Virus record (IMG/VR): IMGVR_UViG_3300032227_000993
Reading direction: 5' to 3' (one strand)
Source of the DNA: a virus
Lineage: Duplodnaviria; Caudoviricetes
DNA length: 64,000 nucleotides
In this document: positions 18,663 to 28,861 of the stretch, piece after piece
Layout of the letters: each line of letters starts with the position of its first letter
How positions within the stretch are numbered: the stretch's first letter is position 1
Translations under genes and position numbers: made by a program
The notes under the pieces: generated by a model
The model's input: only the letters and a program-made list of their open reading frames with translations
Databases searched by the model: none
What the model was told of the DNA's origin: nothing

Positions 18663-21476
18663 TATCAAGTTACCGGCAGTAATATTGCCTGTTGCAACAG
18701 TTAAACTTGTACCGGTCAATGCGGCACCTGTGATGGCTCCAGTGGCACTGATTAGTCCAACGGTAGTTACGTTGCCGCTAATTACATTTCCGCTGGCACT
18801 TAATGTAACACCTTGGACCAATGCTCCACTAACAATGTTGGCACCGTTAACGTTGCCTGTGACGCTTGTACTTGTTCCAGTAATAACGCCACCTACTACA
18901 CTAGCAGCTGTAGTTGTACCAGTTACACTTGTACTTGTTCCAGTAATAACGCCACCAACTACTGAGGCTGCGGTTACTGTACCTGAGACACTTACTGTTG
19001 TACCTGTGTGATTTGTAGCACTAACGTTGCCAACGGTGGCATTTCCTGTGGCACTTATTAGTCCGCCGGTTAGGATATTAGCTCCGGTGACATTACCGCT
19101 GGAACTGATAGTGCCAGAATTCAATGAGGTCAATGTGCCAACACTGGTAATGTTTGTTTGTGCGGCTGTACTCAATGTGCCAGTGACAGTATTGGCTGAC
19201 AAGTTGTTGGCAGTGATATTGCCAACTGTACTGATGCCTAAACTTGATACCCATACATTGGCAGCTGTGTTGTACAATAGGGTCGCATATGGCGATCCAA
19301 CTGGACCAACTTCAATACCACCGTTGTTGGCTGCGGTTGCGTTGGCAGCATTGTTGGCCATGTTGATGGTCAAGTCATTTGTACTGATTGTATTGGAATT
19401 AATTGTGGTAGTGGTACCTTGAACAGTCAAGTTACCTGTAATGACCACGTTGCCATCTGTGCCACCAGATCCATTTGGGTCAATGGTTAGAGTTGGGCCA
19501 TCGCCCACAATCAAATTGCCGGAAAGTTTGATACCGCCAACTGCTATGGTGCCGTTGGCTGTTACGTTACCGCCTGTGACGTTGCCTGTAGCACTTACAA
19601 CACCGGTGACATATTCTCCGGTTGAAGCAAATACTGCTACGTTGGCAGTACCGCCAACGCCAACTGTGATATTGCCGCCTGATGTGGTCACAGTTACATT
19701 TGACGTGCCGTTGTTGATATTTGCCACACTTGTGATAACGCCGGTCAACGATACACCGTTACCTAAAATGTAGTTGCCAGTTACATTGCCCGTGGCACTA
19801 ATTAGGCCGCCTGTTAAAATATTAGCACCGGTAACATTACCACTGGAACTAACGGCTCCCGTGTTCAATGAGGTCAATGTGCCAACACTGGTAATGTTTG
19901 GTTGAGCATTTGTTGTAACAGTAGCTGCCGTTCCTGCTGCAACAGCGTAAGTGGCATTGGCCACTGTACCAGAGACGTTAGCGCCGGTAATGCTGGTTAA
20001 TTGACTGCCATTACCAAAGATGTAATTACCGGTTACGTTACCGGTGGCACTTACCGCACCGGCTGTTAGAATATTACTACCGGTTACATTGCCTGAATTA
20101 ATTGTGCCAGTGGTACTAATTGTGTTTGATCCAAATGCGGCCAAGAAACTTGATACATTGGTATTGCTGTAGGCGCCAGTAATATTACTTGCGTTAATAT
20201 TGGTCAATAATGATCCATTACCAATAATGTAATTGCCTGTGACATTGCCAGTGGTACTAATTAATCCAGTTGATGTTAAACTTGTTAGTGCTCCAACACT
20301 TGTAATATTTGGTTGTGCGTTAGTTGTAACTGTGGCTGATGTGCCTGAGTTTACAGCATAGGTAGCATTGGCCACTGTACCAGAGACATTGGCACCAGTA
20401 ATACTTGTTAACTGACTGCCATTACCAAGAATATAACTACCAATTACATTGCCGGTGGCACTAATATTGCCAGCAGTATTTAAATTGCCTGGAGAAGTTG
20501 TGGTAGCTACTGCTACTCCGTTAACCAATAATGTATTACTTGAATTGTTGGCTGAAAGGCCTGTGGAGCCCAAATACAATGTATTAGCGCCGATGTAAAC
20601 ACTGGCCCATTGTGCTGTTGGTGATCCCAAACTGTAGGTAGCGTTGGCGCCGGGAATGATATTGCCAGCCCAGCCTGCTTCACCGTATGCTACAGCATTG
20701 GCATTGGCATAACCGGCTGGTAAGCCTGTAAGTTGACTTCCGTTGCCAAGAATGTATGCTCCGGAGATGTTGGCTGTGGTAGTAATGTTGCCAGTTGTGG
20801 CTATTACTACATTGGCATTGCTTGCCAAATATGATTGAACGTTAGCATTGGCGTAAGTAGCTGGTAAACCTGTGAGTTGACTTCCGTTGCCAAGAATGTA
20901 ATTGCCTGTAATGTTGCCAGTGGCACTGACAGTACCAAACACCGGTGTATCACTGACAGCGAAAGTAATGGTGTCTGAGGTGGCATTGCCAGTTAAAACC
21001 AAATTGTTGCCTGAACTAAAAACAGCGGTACTGGTTACACCGTTGGCTGCAACAGGAGTACCGTTGGCATTGATAACACCAAAACTTGCTCCTGTATTTT
21101 GAGCAAATACCAATCCGGTGGTGCCTATCACGATAGGATCGTTGGTGATCAATTTCCAGGATGTATCACCATACGTGGTGCCTTCTGTGACCATTACAAT
21201 CATGCCAGCGTTGATTTCGCCTGTGGCATTGGCGTCACTTGTGCGGACCCAGGTACCGTCAGCGCCTGATCCTAAGACCTGTACATCATACAGGCCGTTT
21301 TGGCTGGTAGTTGTTTGTCCTGCGACCAGTACTCTATCGTTGGCATTGAGATTTACGCCGTCAACTTGGCTGGGAGCCCCACCCACAAGTGTGATATTGG
21401 CTAGCGTGATCACACGTACTGCTTGTTTGTAGTCTATGTTTGATATCTGTTCGGCACGAACCCGTGTTAAGCCCAT
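16986..21476 (-). CDS. Long tail fibre (1496 aa) with C-terminal intramolecular-chaperone (peptidase G2-like) domain
   Basis: N-terminal VDGVNL..NDRVLVAGQT...QNGLY motif; C-terminal ADLAE.Y...PGTVV.FGG...VAGIVSTNP...VALVGRVP. Confidence 0.8.
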   Translation of the reverse strand: MGLTRVRAEQISNIDYKQAVRVITLANITLVGGAPSQVDGVNLNANDRVLVAGQTTTSQNGLYDVQVLGSGADGTWVRTSDANATGEINAGMIVMVTEGTTYGDTSWKLITNDPIVIGTTGLVFAQNTGASFGVINANGTPVAANGVTSTAVFSSGNNLVLTGNATSDTITFAVSDTPVFGTVSATGNITGNYILGNGSQLTGLPATYANANVQSYLASNANVVIATTGNITTTANISGAYILGNGSQLTGLPAGYANANAVAYGEAGWAGNIIPGANATYSLGSPTAQWASVYIGANTLYLGSTGLSANNSSNTLLVNGVAVATTTSPGNLNTAGNISATGNVIGSYILGNGSQLTSITGANVSGTVANATYAVNSGTSATVTTNAQPNITSVGALTSLTSTGLISTTGNVTGNYIIGNGSLLTNINASNITGAYSNTNVSSFLAAFGSNTISTTGTINSGNVTGSNILTAGAVSATGNVTGNYIFGNGSQLTSITGANVSGTVANATYAVAAGTAATVTTNAQPNITSVGTLTSLNTGAVSSSGNVTGANILTGGLISATGNVTGNYILGNGVSLTGVITSVANINNGTSNVTVTTSGGNITVGVGGTANVAVFASTGEYVTGVVSATGNVTGGNVTANGTIAVGGIKLSGNLIVGDGPTLTIDPNGSGGTDGNVVITGNLTVQGTTTTINSNTISTNDLTINMANNAANATAANNGGIEVGPVGSPYATLLYNTAANVWVSSLGISTVGNITANNLSANTVTGTLSTAAQTNITSVGTLTSLNSGTISSSGNVTGANILTGGLISATGNATVGNVSATNHTGTTVSVSGTVTAASVVGGVITGTSTSVTGTTTAASVVGGVITGTSTSVTGNVNGANIVSGALVQGVTLSASGNVISGNVTTVGLISATGAITGAALTGTSLTVATGNITAGNLILSGAIIDSAQLDIQTSAANANIVLTPNGSGNVNTPANVSVTGNVQSGNVRTVGLISATGNVTGNYFIGNGSALTGITVSGSLSWTTQANTAPTGVNPGSFWYDSFSGVKYQYTNDGTSNIWVDQSFPTSFTTLAVTGNATIGGNLGVTGTLTYGNISTAGFASVTGNVIGGNIQTGGNLVFTGTSNRITGDFSNATVASRVMFQSSTANGITRISAIPNGSGAGSIFTAYGATDPTNSGTFSIYQNASASALIAAITGTGTYTPITMATGGSERLRIDTSGTVSVVGNVQAGNITTVGLVSATGAITGGSATVGTGNVTAGNLLISGAIVDSAQLDIQTSAANANIVLTPNGSGNVNTGANVSITGNVQGGNIRTVGLISATGNIAGGNLSVANGTITVGNIVTLGNVAGNIGSSTNYFNTVFAKATSAQYADLAEMYCADEDYEPGTVVEFGGVEEVTVTTTSHSPAVAGIVSTNPSYLMNATLDCTNAVVVALVGRVPCKVVGKINKGDRLVASDIPGVAQALDMLKYQPSCIIGKALENYDSTESGVIEVAVGRT

Positions 21477-21511
21477 TGTTTATCCAATAATAATAATATT
21501 AGTATTTAGTC

Positions 21512-21544
21512 AAAATAATAGGACCTTGCGGTCCTACTATTTTT
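21512..21544. terminator. Intrinsic terminator hairpin
   Basis: taggacc-ttgc-ggtccta stem-loop flanked by A/T runs, downstream of the 2064-aa gene. Confidence 0.65.
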
Positions 21545-21560
21545 GTAGTACAACGGCTTA

Positions 21561-24500
21561 TTAAACGCGGCCTACTACCACTTCGATTACACCAGTAGTA
21601 CCATCAAAGTTCTCAAGTGCCTTGCCGATCACAGTACCAACTTGTGGATTTGCTTCGGCTCTGGCTGTGCCATCACCGTTAGACACCATCAAGTCACCTT
21701 TGCGTACTGTACCAGTTACGCGAGTTGGAACACGACCTGTTAGGGCCACTGTCACAATGTTGGTACCTTCTAAGCCACCGTTCATGATGTAACTTGGGTT
21801 TGTACTTACAACACCTGCTACACGACGATCTGCGTCTGCGGTACTTGCTGTTACTTCAAGCTCGCCACCAAATGCTACCACTGTGCCTGGTGTGTACTCT
21901 GCGTCAGCTGTGTATTTCTCAGCCAAGTCAGCGTATTGTGCGCTTGTTGCCTTGGCAAACACAGTATTGAAGTAGTTGGTTGAACTACCAATATTACCTG
22001 CCACGTTGCCCAGGGTAACAATGTTACCAACTGTGATAGTACCGTTACCAACTGATAAGTTACCACCTGTGATATTGCCTGTTACACTTACCAAACCGCC
22101 TGTTAGGATGTTACCACTTTGTGTATTACCAGTTACTGACACGTTTCCGCTTACAGTTGCGCCTGTGGCGTATACTGTTGCCCAGTAGTTGCTTGTTCCA
22201 CCAAGGTTCAGTGTAGCATTAGCAGCTGGAGTGATACCAATGTTAGCCTGCCAACTTGTTGTAGCGTTATTAAATCTCAAGTAAGCTAAACTATTGTTAC
22301 CAACGTCAATACCTGCGCCATCAGCAGCTGTACCAGTGCTGACGTTGTTGGCCAAAGTGATTGATTTTTCGTTAGTTGTAACTACATTACTATCAATGTA
22401 GGTTACATTACCTTGAACACTCAAGTTACCAGCAATGATAACTGCTCCATCAACACCACCTGCTGAGTTTGGATCAATTATGATTGTTGAGTTAAGACTT
22501 GAAATTGTGTTGCCTGTTAACGAAATACCACCAGCAAACAATGAGGCACCAGCAAGTACGCCATCAGCTTCAACTCTGCTGGCAGCACGGATATTACCAG
22601 CGTTGATATTTCCTGTAGCACTGATTAGGCCAGTAGTTGTTACGTTACCACCTTGTAATGTAGCAGCACTTGTAATAGTACCTGTAGCACTGATTAGGCC
22701 AGTTGTAAGAATGTTGGCTGATACTGTGCCACTTGACAAGTAAGTTGCTACATCGCTATTGGCATAACCTGCTGGCAAGCCAGTCAACTGACTACCGTTA
22801 CCAATAATGTAGCTACCAGTGATGTTGCCACTTGCACTTACTGTAGTGGCTGTTACGTTACCGCCAGTAATGTTACCATTGGCATTTTGTGTTACCAAAG
22901 GCTGTCCACCAAAACTCAATGTTGTGGTGTTGGCACTGATGTTGGAACCACCAATGAAAATCGTGTTGCCTGAAATCCACAAGTTGCTCCACTGATTGGT
23001 ACTGTTACCCAAAGTGTATGTTGCGTTGGCTGAAGGATTAAAGTTACCAGTGATTGTGGTCTGTAGTGGAGAAGTTACCAATACGTTAGCACCATTTACA
23101 GCGGTTACAACATTGCCGTTGGCACCATCGATATCAACACTTGTGTTGCCTTCTTGGATCTTGGTAGCAATGACGTTGCCGCCGCCCACGTTGGTCAAGT
23201 AAGTACCGTCACCATACAAGTAGCCAGCACCGTTGCCAACCACAATGTTACCTGTGATAGCCACGTTTGCAGACGCATCGTTTACGCCAACCGCAGCGTT
23301 ACCTGATGTATTACTGATACCAGTTACAGTTGTTGTGGTTGTGATTTCGCGAACGTCAATGTGATCTGCTACAGCAGGAGCTTCAGTAAAGGTCAAATCT
23401 GTGCCTACTACAGAGTAAGCCAAAGTTGGAACCTGTACCACACCGTTGATACTTACCAAACAGCTATTGGTTGTTTGAGGTGAACTCAATGTGAATACAG
23501 TTTGTACACCGTTACCATTAAACTGTTGATCGGTAATAACTGTTGGCTCACCGCCTACTACAGCCCATGCCACGCCGTCGTAAATCTCCAGGAAACCTGT
23601 TGAAGTATTGAAACGTTGCATACCTGTTACGCCGGTAGATGGACGTTGTGCTGTGTTACCAACTGGAACCACAAACGAACTTGTAGCATTTAAGGCTAAA
23701 ATTGCGTTGGTTGTTTGTACATTGCTGCCAATACTGACTGAGTTGGCTGTACCGTCAACAAATACCAAGTTGGCTGATGCTCCGTTGATAGCTACACTGG
23801 TATTACCTGCTGTACCAATATTCAATAAACCACTTGAACTTGTTACTGTTGGAGCAGTTACCTGAGTGATTGCAGTCACATTGTTAGCATTTACATCGCC
23901 AGTTACGTTCAATGTACTTTCTACATTGCCGCTTAGGCTCAATGAGTTTGCAAACAATCCAGTGTTGGAAACAATATTGCCAAATACACTTAGACCTGTG
24001 TCATAAAATTGTGCTGTTGTAGCATTGTTGATTGTGATATCCAAGTTGCCGCCGGCGGTGCCAATATTAGCCTGACTGTTGCCATTGCTGATCTTGGTAG
24101 CACTTACGTTGGCACCGCTGATGTTGCTGATGTAAGCGCCATCACCAATGAAGAAGCTTCCAGGTTGTACAGACGCATTACTGAGTATGTTGCCACTTAG
24201 ACTGAGATTGGCAGCATTAACAGCATCGGCAGTTACGTTGCCAGCAGTACTGATGTTGCCACCACTAAGGAGACCGGCTGTACTGATGTTGGCTGCTGTT
24301 ACATTGCCACTTGAACTGATATCACCAGAATTTAGTGATGTCAATGTGCCGACACTTGTTACGTTTGGTTGTGCTGCTGTACTCAATGTGCCGGTCAATA
24401 ATGTACCAGTTACATTGCCGGCAGTACTAATATCGCCGCCAAAGTTAACACCAGTGTCATAGAAAGTAGCAGCTACGTTTGAAGCAGCACCAACAGCAAT

Positions 24501-27500
24501 AACCACGTTGCCATCTGCTGCTATTGCGTTAGCGTATGAACCACCGTTGACAATCTTAGTTACGGCCACGTTGGCAGCGTTGATGTTACTAATATATCCG
24601 CCATCACCGATAAAGAAGTTGGCAGTTTGAATATTACCATCAACATTCAATGTTGAAATAACATTGCCACTTAAACTAATATTACCTGTGTTTACATTGC
24701 CGCTGATTAGGTTGCCTGTGGCACTTAATGTTGTACCAGCAATAACGTTGGCACCTGTGATGTTGCCAGCAGCGCCTGTTGTTGTAAAGTTTGCAGCTGT
24801 TACGTTACCGCCAGCACTGAATGTGTTGACCGCATAAACATTGTTGGCTGTGATATCGGCAGTAACATTTAAATTACTAATTACATTGCCTGTCAATGAC
24901 AAGTTGGCAGCATTTACGTTGCCAGCAATTACGTTACCGGCTGTGCTGAAACTTGTTGTGGCCAATACATTGTTGGCAATCACATTGGTGTCAACTGATA
25001 AGTTACCAATAACATTACCAGATAGGCTTAAATTTACACCGTTGATTGCATTACCAGTTACGTTGCCTGATGCACTTACTATAACTGTGCGTACATTGCC
25101 TGCGTCAACGTTGCCTGTTACGCTTAGGCTTGTACCTGTGGCAGCGCCAATGTTTGGTGTGGTCAATGGAACATTGGCTGGAATGTAAAGTTGATTACTA
25201 CCGTTTACGCCAACTGTGTTGCCGTCAAACAGAGCACTAATAACTGTACCGTTGATAGCGATAGCATTACCGCCTGTGTATGTGCCGCCACCTGAGAACT
25301 GTGACCAAAGGATTGGTGTTGTGCCCATAACGATTGGGTTTGTTGAATAACATACCCAGCCTGTGCCAGCTTGACCGCCGCCACCGATAACAAATGTGAA
25401 CGAACCAGGAATACTACCCAATGTGCCTTCGTTGTCAAAGTCTACGGAACGTGTCAATACAGTTTGTAGTGCACCTGTGCTTGTTAAAGTATAGATACCA
25501 TTCCAAGCAGCATCACTATTGCCTGCGGCTGGATCGAGTTCGTCTTTGATCAACACACGATCATTGATGGCCAATGTTGATAAGTCAACGCCGTCAATTA
25601 AAAGTTGACTTGTTGTTGTAATTGTCAATGTTGCGCCAACACCAGCAGCACCATTGTTGTAAGCAACCAAAGTTACTTCGGCTTCTGTGTCAAGCGGAAC
25701 AAGTGTTGCTACTTCCACACTGGCTTTCAAATCTAAACCACTGGCAATAGAATCAACATATTCTTTGTTTGCTGCGTCAGCTGGCTGTAGTGGTGTTGCT
25801 ACGTTGTTAATGATCGATGTATTAACATTGATGTTACCAGTGCCGTTTGGATCAATACTGATTCCACTATTGCCTGCTGTTGTTTCAAGTACCAATACTG
25901 TGGTTGTTGTCACTAAATCAGTAATTACTGTGTTACCGTAAATGTTACCTGATGCGCTTACATCGCCAATAGTGGTTACATTGCCACCAATGATGTTGGC
26001 TGTAGCACTTACAACGCCACCAGTCAATACGTTACCGCCTGTGATGTTGGCTGTAGCACTGATAGTTCCAATTGTACTAACATTACCAACTGTGGCTGTG
26101 CCTGTTGCGCTAATCTCTCCGCCTGTGGAAATATTTGCGCCAATAATGTTGCCGTCAACATTCAAGGCTGACAGTACATTACCAGTTAAACTTAAGTTGG
26201 CAGCATTGACAGCAGCATTGAGAGTAACATTACCAAATACACTTAATCCAACATCATAAAATTGTGCTGTTGAATTGCCACCAATTGTGACATCTAAATT
26301 GCCGCCAGATGTGCCAATATTGGCTTGGCTGTTGCCATTTGTGATCTTGGTAGAACTAACATTAGCGCCGCTAATGTTACTGATCAAGTAACCGTCACCA
26401 ATAAAATAACTGCCAGGTTGGACAGATGCGTTACTGAGTATGTTGCCACTTAGGCTAAGGCTAACAGCGTTGACTGCGTTGGCTGTAACATTGCCAGCTG
26501 TACTGATGTTGCCACCAGTGAGGAGTCCGGCTGTAGTAATGTTGCCACCAGTGATGTTGGCAGTAGCACTTACTTCGCCGCCAGTACTGATGTTGCCACC
26601 AGTAAGGAGTCCGGCTGTACTGATATTGCCACCAGTGATGTTGGCAGTAGCACTTACAATGCCACCTGTTAATACATTACCACCTGAGATGTTGGATGTA
26701 GCACTTACAATGCCACCTGTTAATACATTGCCGCCGGTGATGTTGGCTGTGGCACTGATAGTTCCAATAGTGTCAACATTACCAACAGTGGCTGTTCCTG
26801 TTGCACTGATAGTTCCAGGAGTAAAAATGTTGCCATCTACATTAAGAGACGACAATACGTTGCCAGTTAAACTTAAGTTGGCGGCATTGACAGCAGCATT
26901 GAGAGTAACATTGCCAAATACGCTTAGACCAACATCATAAAATTGTGCTGTTGTAGCATTGTTGATTGTGACATCTAAATTACCACCTGGTGTGCCAATG
27001 TTTGCTTGGCTGTTGCCATTGCTAATTTTAGTAGCACTTACGTTGGCACCACTGATGTTGCTAATGTAAGCACCGTCACCAATAAAGAAACTGCCTGGTT
27101 GTACAGATGCGTTACTGAGTATGTTGCCACTTAGGCTAAGACTAACAGCATTAACAGCATTAGCTGTAATATTGCCAGTGGCACTGATGTTGCCACCTGT
27201 GACCAGGCCAGTAGCACTGATGTTGCCTATTGTTGTCAAGCCAGCAGTACTGATGTTGCCTGTGACGTTGGCATCGCTGATGATGTTGCCTACTAAACTG
27301 GTTGTGCCTACCACTGCCAGATTGGCAGTTACATTGGCATTGCCTGTTATTAAATTTGCATAACTTGTGACTGTGATTGTTGTGTTTGATTCGCCTGTGG
27401 ACGTGAATGCTGTAACAAATGCGTCAGCAGATTCTTCCCAAACAAAAGCAATATTTTCTGAAGTGCCGCGTTGGCCAATAAAACCAATATCCAGCGTTGG

Positions 27501-27755
27501 ACTACCTGTTTGGTTTGAAGCTAAAAGAATTAACGGATCTTCAACAGTGATAATGTCTGTGTCGATCTGTGTGGTATTACCTTGAACAGTAAGGTTACCA
27601 CTAACGGTCAAGTTGTTACCGTAGGTTAAATTATTAGCAAGTTTTCCACCAGTAATGGAATAGTCTTGAACTTTTGTACTTGCGTCAATACCAGCAGCGG
27701 TATTACCGCCAGCGGCGTCTGAAATTTGATTGTTATTAATACGTGTTACGGCCAT
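21561..27755 (-). CDS. Very long tail fibre/baseplate protein (2064 aa) with C-terminal intramolecular-chaperone domain
   Basis: Low-complexity G/N/T/A/S/V repeats, three internal copies of a module, same C-terminal ADLAE...STNP...GRVP domain. Confidence 0.8.
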   Translation of the reverse strand: MAVTRINNNQISDAAGGNTAAGIDASTKVQDYSITGGKLANNLTYGNNLTVSGNLTVQGNTTQIDTDIITVEDPLILLASNQTGSPTLDIGFIGQRGTSENIAFVWEESADAFVTAFTSTGESNTTITVTSYANLITGNANVTANLAVVGTTSLVGNIISDANVTGNISTAGLTTIGNISATGLVTGGNISATGNITANAVNAVSLSLSGNILSNASVQPGSFFIGDGAYISNISGANVSATKISNGNSQANIGTPGGNLDVTINNATTAQFYDVGLSVFGNVTLNAAVNAANLSLTGNVLSSLNVDGNIFTPGTISATGTATVGNVDTIGTISATANITGGNVLTGGIVSATSNISGGNVLTGGIVSATANITGGNISTAGLLTGGNISTGGEVSATANITGGNITTAGLLTGGNISTAGNVTANAVNAVSLSLSGNILSNASVQPGSYFIGDGYLISNISGANVSSTKITNGNSQANIGTSGGNLDVTIGGNSTAQFYDVGLSVFGNVTLNAAVNAANLSLTGNVLSALNVDGNIIGANISTGGEISATGTATVGNVSTIGTISATANITGGNVLTGGVVSATANIIGGNVTTIGDVSASGNIYGNTVITDLVTTTTVLVLETTAGNSGISIDPNGTGNINVNTSIINNVATPLQPADAANKEYVDSIASGLDLKASVEVATLVPLDTEAEVTLVAYNNGAAGVGATLTITTTSQLLIDGVDLSTLAINDRVLIKDELDPAAGNSDAAWNGIYTLTSTGALQTVLTRSVDFDNEGTLGSIPGSFTFVIGGGGQAGTGWVCYSTNPIVMGTTPILWSQFSGGGTYTGGNAIAINGTVISALFDGNTVGVNGSNQLYIPANVPLTTPNIGAATGTSLSVTGNVDAGNVRTVIVSASGNVTGNAINGVNLSLSGNVIGNLSVDTNVIANNVLATTSFSTAGNVIAGNVNAANLSLTGNVISNLNVTADITANNVYAVNTFSAGGNVTAANFTTTGAAGNITGANVIAGTTLSATGNLISGNVNTGNISLSGNVISTLNVDGNIQTANFFIGDGGYISNINAANVAVTKIVNGGSYANAIAADGNVVIAVGAASNVAATFYDTGVNFGGDISTAGNVTGTLLTGTLSTAAQPNVTSVGTLTSLNSGDISSSGNVTAANISTAGLLSGGNISTAGNVTADAVNAANLSLSGNILSNASVQPGSFFIGDGAYISNISGANVSATKISNGNSQANIGTAGGNLDITINNATTAQFYDTGLSVFGNIVSNTGLFANSLSLSGNVESTLNVTGDVNANNVTAITQVTAPTVTSSSGLLNIGTAGNTSVAINGASANLVFVDGTANSVSIGSNVQTTNAILALNATSSFVVPVGNTAQRPSTGVTGMQRFNTSTGFLEIYDGVAWAVVGGEPTVITDQQFNGNGVQTVFTLSSPQTTNSCLVSINGVVQVPTLAYSVVGTDLTFTEAPAVADHIDVREITTTTTVTGISNTSGNAAVGVNDASANVAITGNIVVGNGAGYLYGDGTYLTNVGGGNVIATKIQEGNTSVDIDGANGNVVTAVNGANVLVTSPLQTTITGNFNPSANATYTLGNSTNQWSNLWISGNTIFIGGSNISANTTTLSFGGQPLVTQNANGNITGGNVTATTVSASGNITGSYIIGNGSQLTGLPAGYANSDVATYLSSGTVSANILTTGLISATGTITSAATLQGGNVTTTGLISATGNINAGNIRAASRVEADGVLAGASLFAGGISLTGNTISSLNSTIIIDPNSAGGVDGAVIIAGNLSVQGNVTYIDSNVVTTNEKSITLANNVSTGTAADGAGIDVGNNSLAYLRFNNATTSWQANIGITPAANATLNLGGTSNYWATVYATGATVSGNVSVTGNTQSGNILTGGLVSVTGNITGGNLSVGNGTITVGNIVTLGNVAGNIGSSTNYFNTVFAKATSAQYADLAEKYTADAEYTPGTVVAFGGELEVTASTADADRRVAGVVSTNPSYIMNGGLEGTNIVTVALTGRVPTRVTGTVRKGDLMVSNGDGTARAEANPQVGTVIGKALENFDGTTGVIEVVVGRV
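23985..27150. repeat. Three internal repeats in the 2064-aa gene (about 23985-24200, 26170-26470, 26850-27150)
   Basis: Encodes LSLSGNILSNASVQPGS.FIGDG..ISNISGANVS.TKI.NGNSQANIGT.GGNLD.TI....TAQFYD.GLSVFGN. Confidence 0.85.
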
Positions 27756-27886
27756 GTTAGTCTCCAGGTTATGGAAGTATTTACCGAATTGATTTAAAAA
27801 AGTGTATCTTGGGTTTTTATTTGCTCAAAAGCGAATGGCCGGAAAAAAATCACTATTACACAGGCCGCTATGTAAGGTTTTTTAAA

Positions 27887-28861
27887 TTATAGGAATCTAA
27901 CATCTATTAAATCTGAGCTCAACGGAGCCTCAGAAAAAGTAAGTTGAGTACCAGCTACGGTGTAGGAATAAGATGCTCCTGGCACCTGAACAATACCGTT
28001 CAAACTGACTATGATGGAAGCTGCTGTGGTCGCTTTGTCCAAGGTGTAAGTTACAGAAGTTCCGTCTGGCGTAATAATTTGATTGGTAGCAGTACCGCTG
28101 CCACCCACTAAAACCCAAGCTGATCCATTGTAAACTTCTACTGCTGTTTCTGCTGAGTTAAATCGAATGGTGCCTGTTGTGGCTGGGCTGGGTTGTTGTG
28201 CGGTATTTCCTACAGGAATAGTCAATCCACCAGTGCCGCCAATGGTTACTAGACTAGCTGTAGTGGTTGAAATTGTTGTGTCAGTGATGGTTAAATTGCC
28301 AATATTGGCGCCACTTGGAATATTGGTAACTCCCAAATTGCCCACATATTGATAACCTGCTACATACACCACATTTCCGGCGGTCAGCACCGCAGGAATA
28401 GTTTCGCTGATAAAGTTTAGTACTCCAGCTTGAGTATCAAAATAGTATTCGCCTACGCCGCCGATACCGTCAGCAAAAATCTGTGTACCCGTGGCTTGGA
28501 TATTGGCCGCGCTAGGTGGACCAACATAAACCTTTGGTAACCAGGTACTGCCAAACTCTTGAGGCACCCAATAGGTCACGTTGGTCAGCCAGGTCGGAGA
28601 AATTCCACCAATTGGCGGAACTGTGTCATCAGCAATAGATTGTACAGAACTACCGCCCACATAGGCTTGTGTGATTCCGGTAACTACCTGTGCGGTGCTG
28701 GGGATCTGATCACTCTGCATCCACACGATGTCGCCGCGTAGGAACAGCGGACTAGCAATACTTTCATTACTAGCACTCTTAACTGCGCTATTGGCTGTTT
28801 TGGCTACACCTTGTAGCTTTTTAAACAGCAAGTCAACGTATTGTGCTATAGAAACGGCCAT
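27887..28861 (-). CDS. Virion structural (baseplate/fibre) protein
   Basis: PVGNTAQQP..RFNS motif plus a DGT...TL...LNGIVQVP...LTFSEAP module. Confidence 0.7.
   Translation of the reverse strand: MAVSIAQYVDLLFKKLQGVAKTANSAVKSASNESIASPLFLRGDIVWMQSDQIPSTAQVVTGITQAYVGGSSVQSIADDTVPPIGGISPTWLTNVTYWVPQEFGSTWLPKVYVGPPSAANIQATGTQIFADGIGGVGEYYFDTQAGVLNFISETIPAVLTAGNVVYVAGYQYVGNLGVTNIPSGANIGNLTITDTTISTTTASLVTIGGTGGLTIPVGNTAQQPSPATTGTIRFNSAETAVEVYNGSAWVLVGGSGTATNQIITPDGTSVTYTLDKATTAASIIVSLNGIVQVPGASYSYTVAGTQLTFSEAPLSSDLIDVRFL

Noticed and set aside
12160-27585. Many plus-strand ORFs rich in MPVTLPVALT or poly-Pro over the fibre genes
   Set aside because: These are antisense shadows of repetitive Gly/Asn/Thr codons, with no promoters, SDs or recognisable domains.
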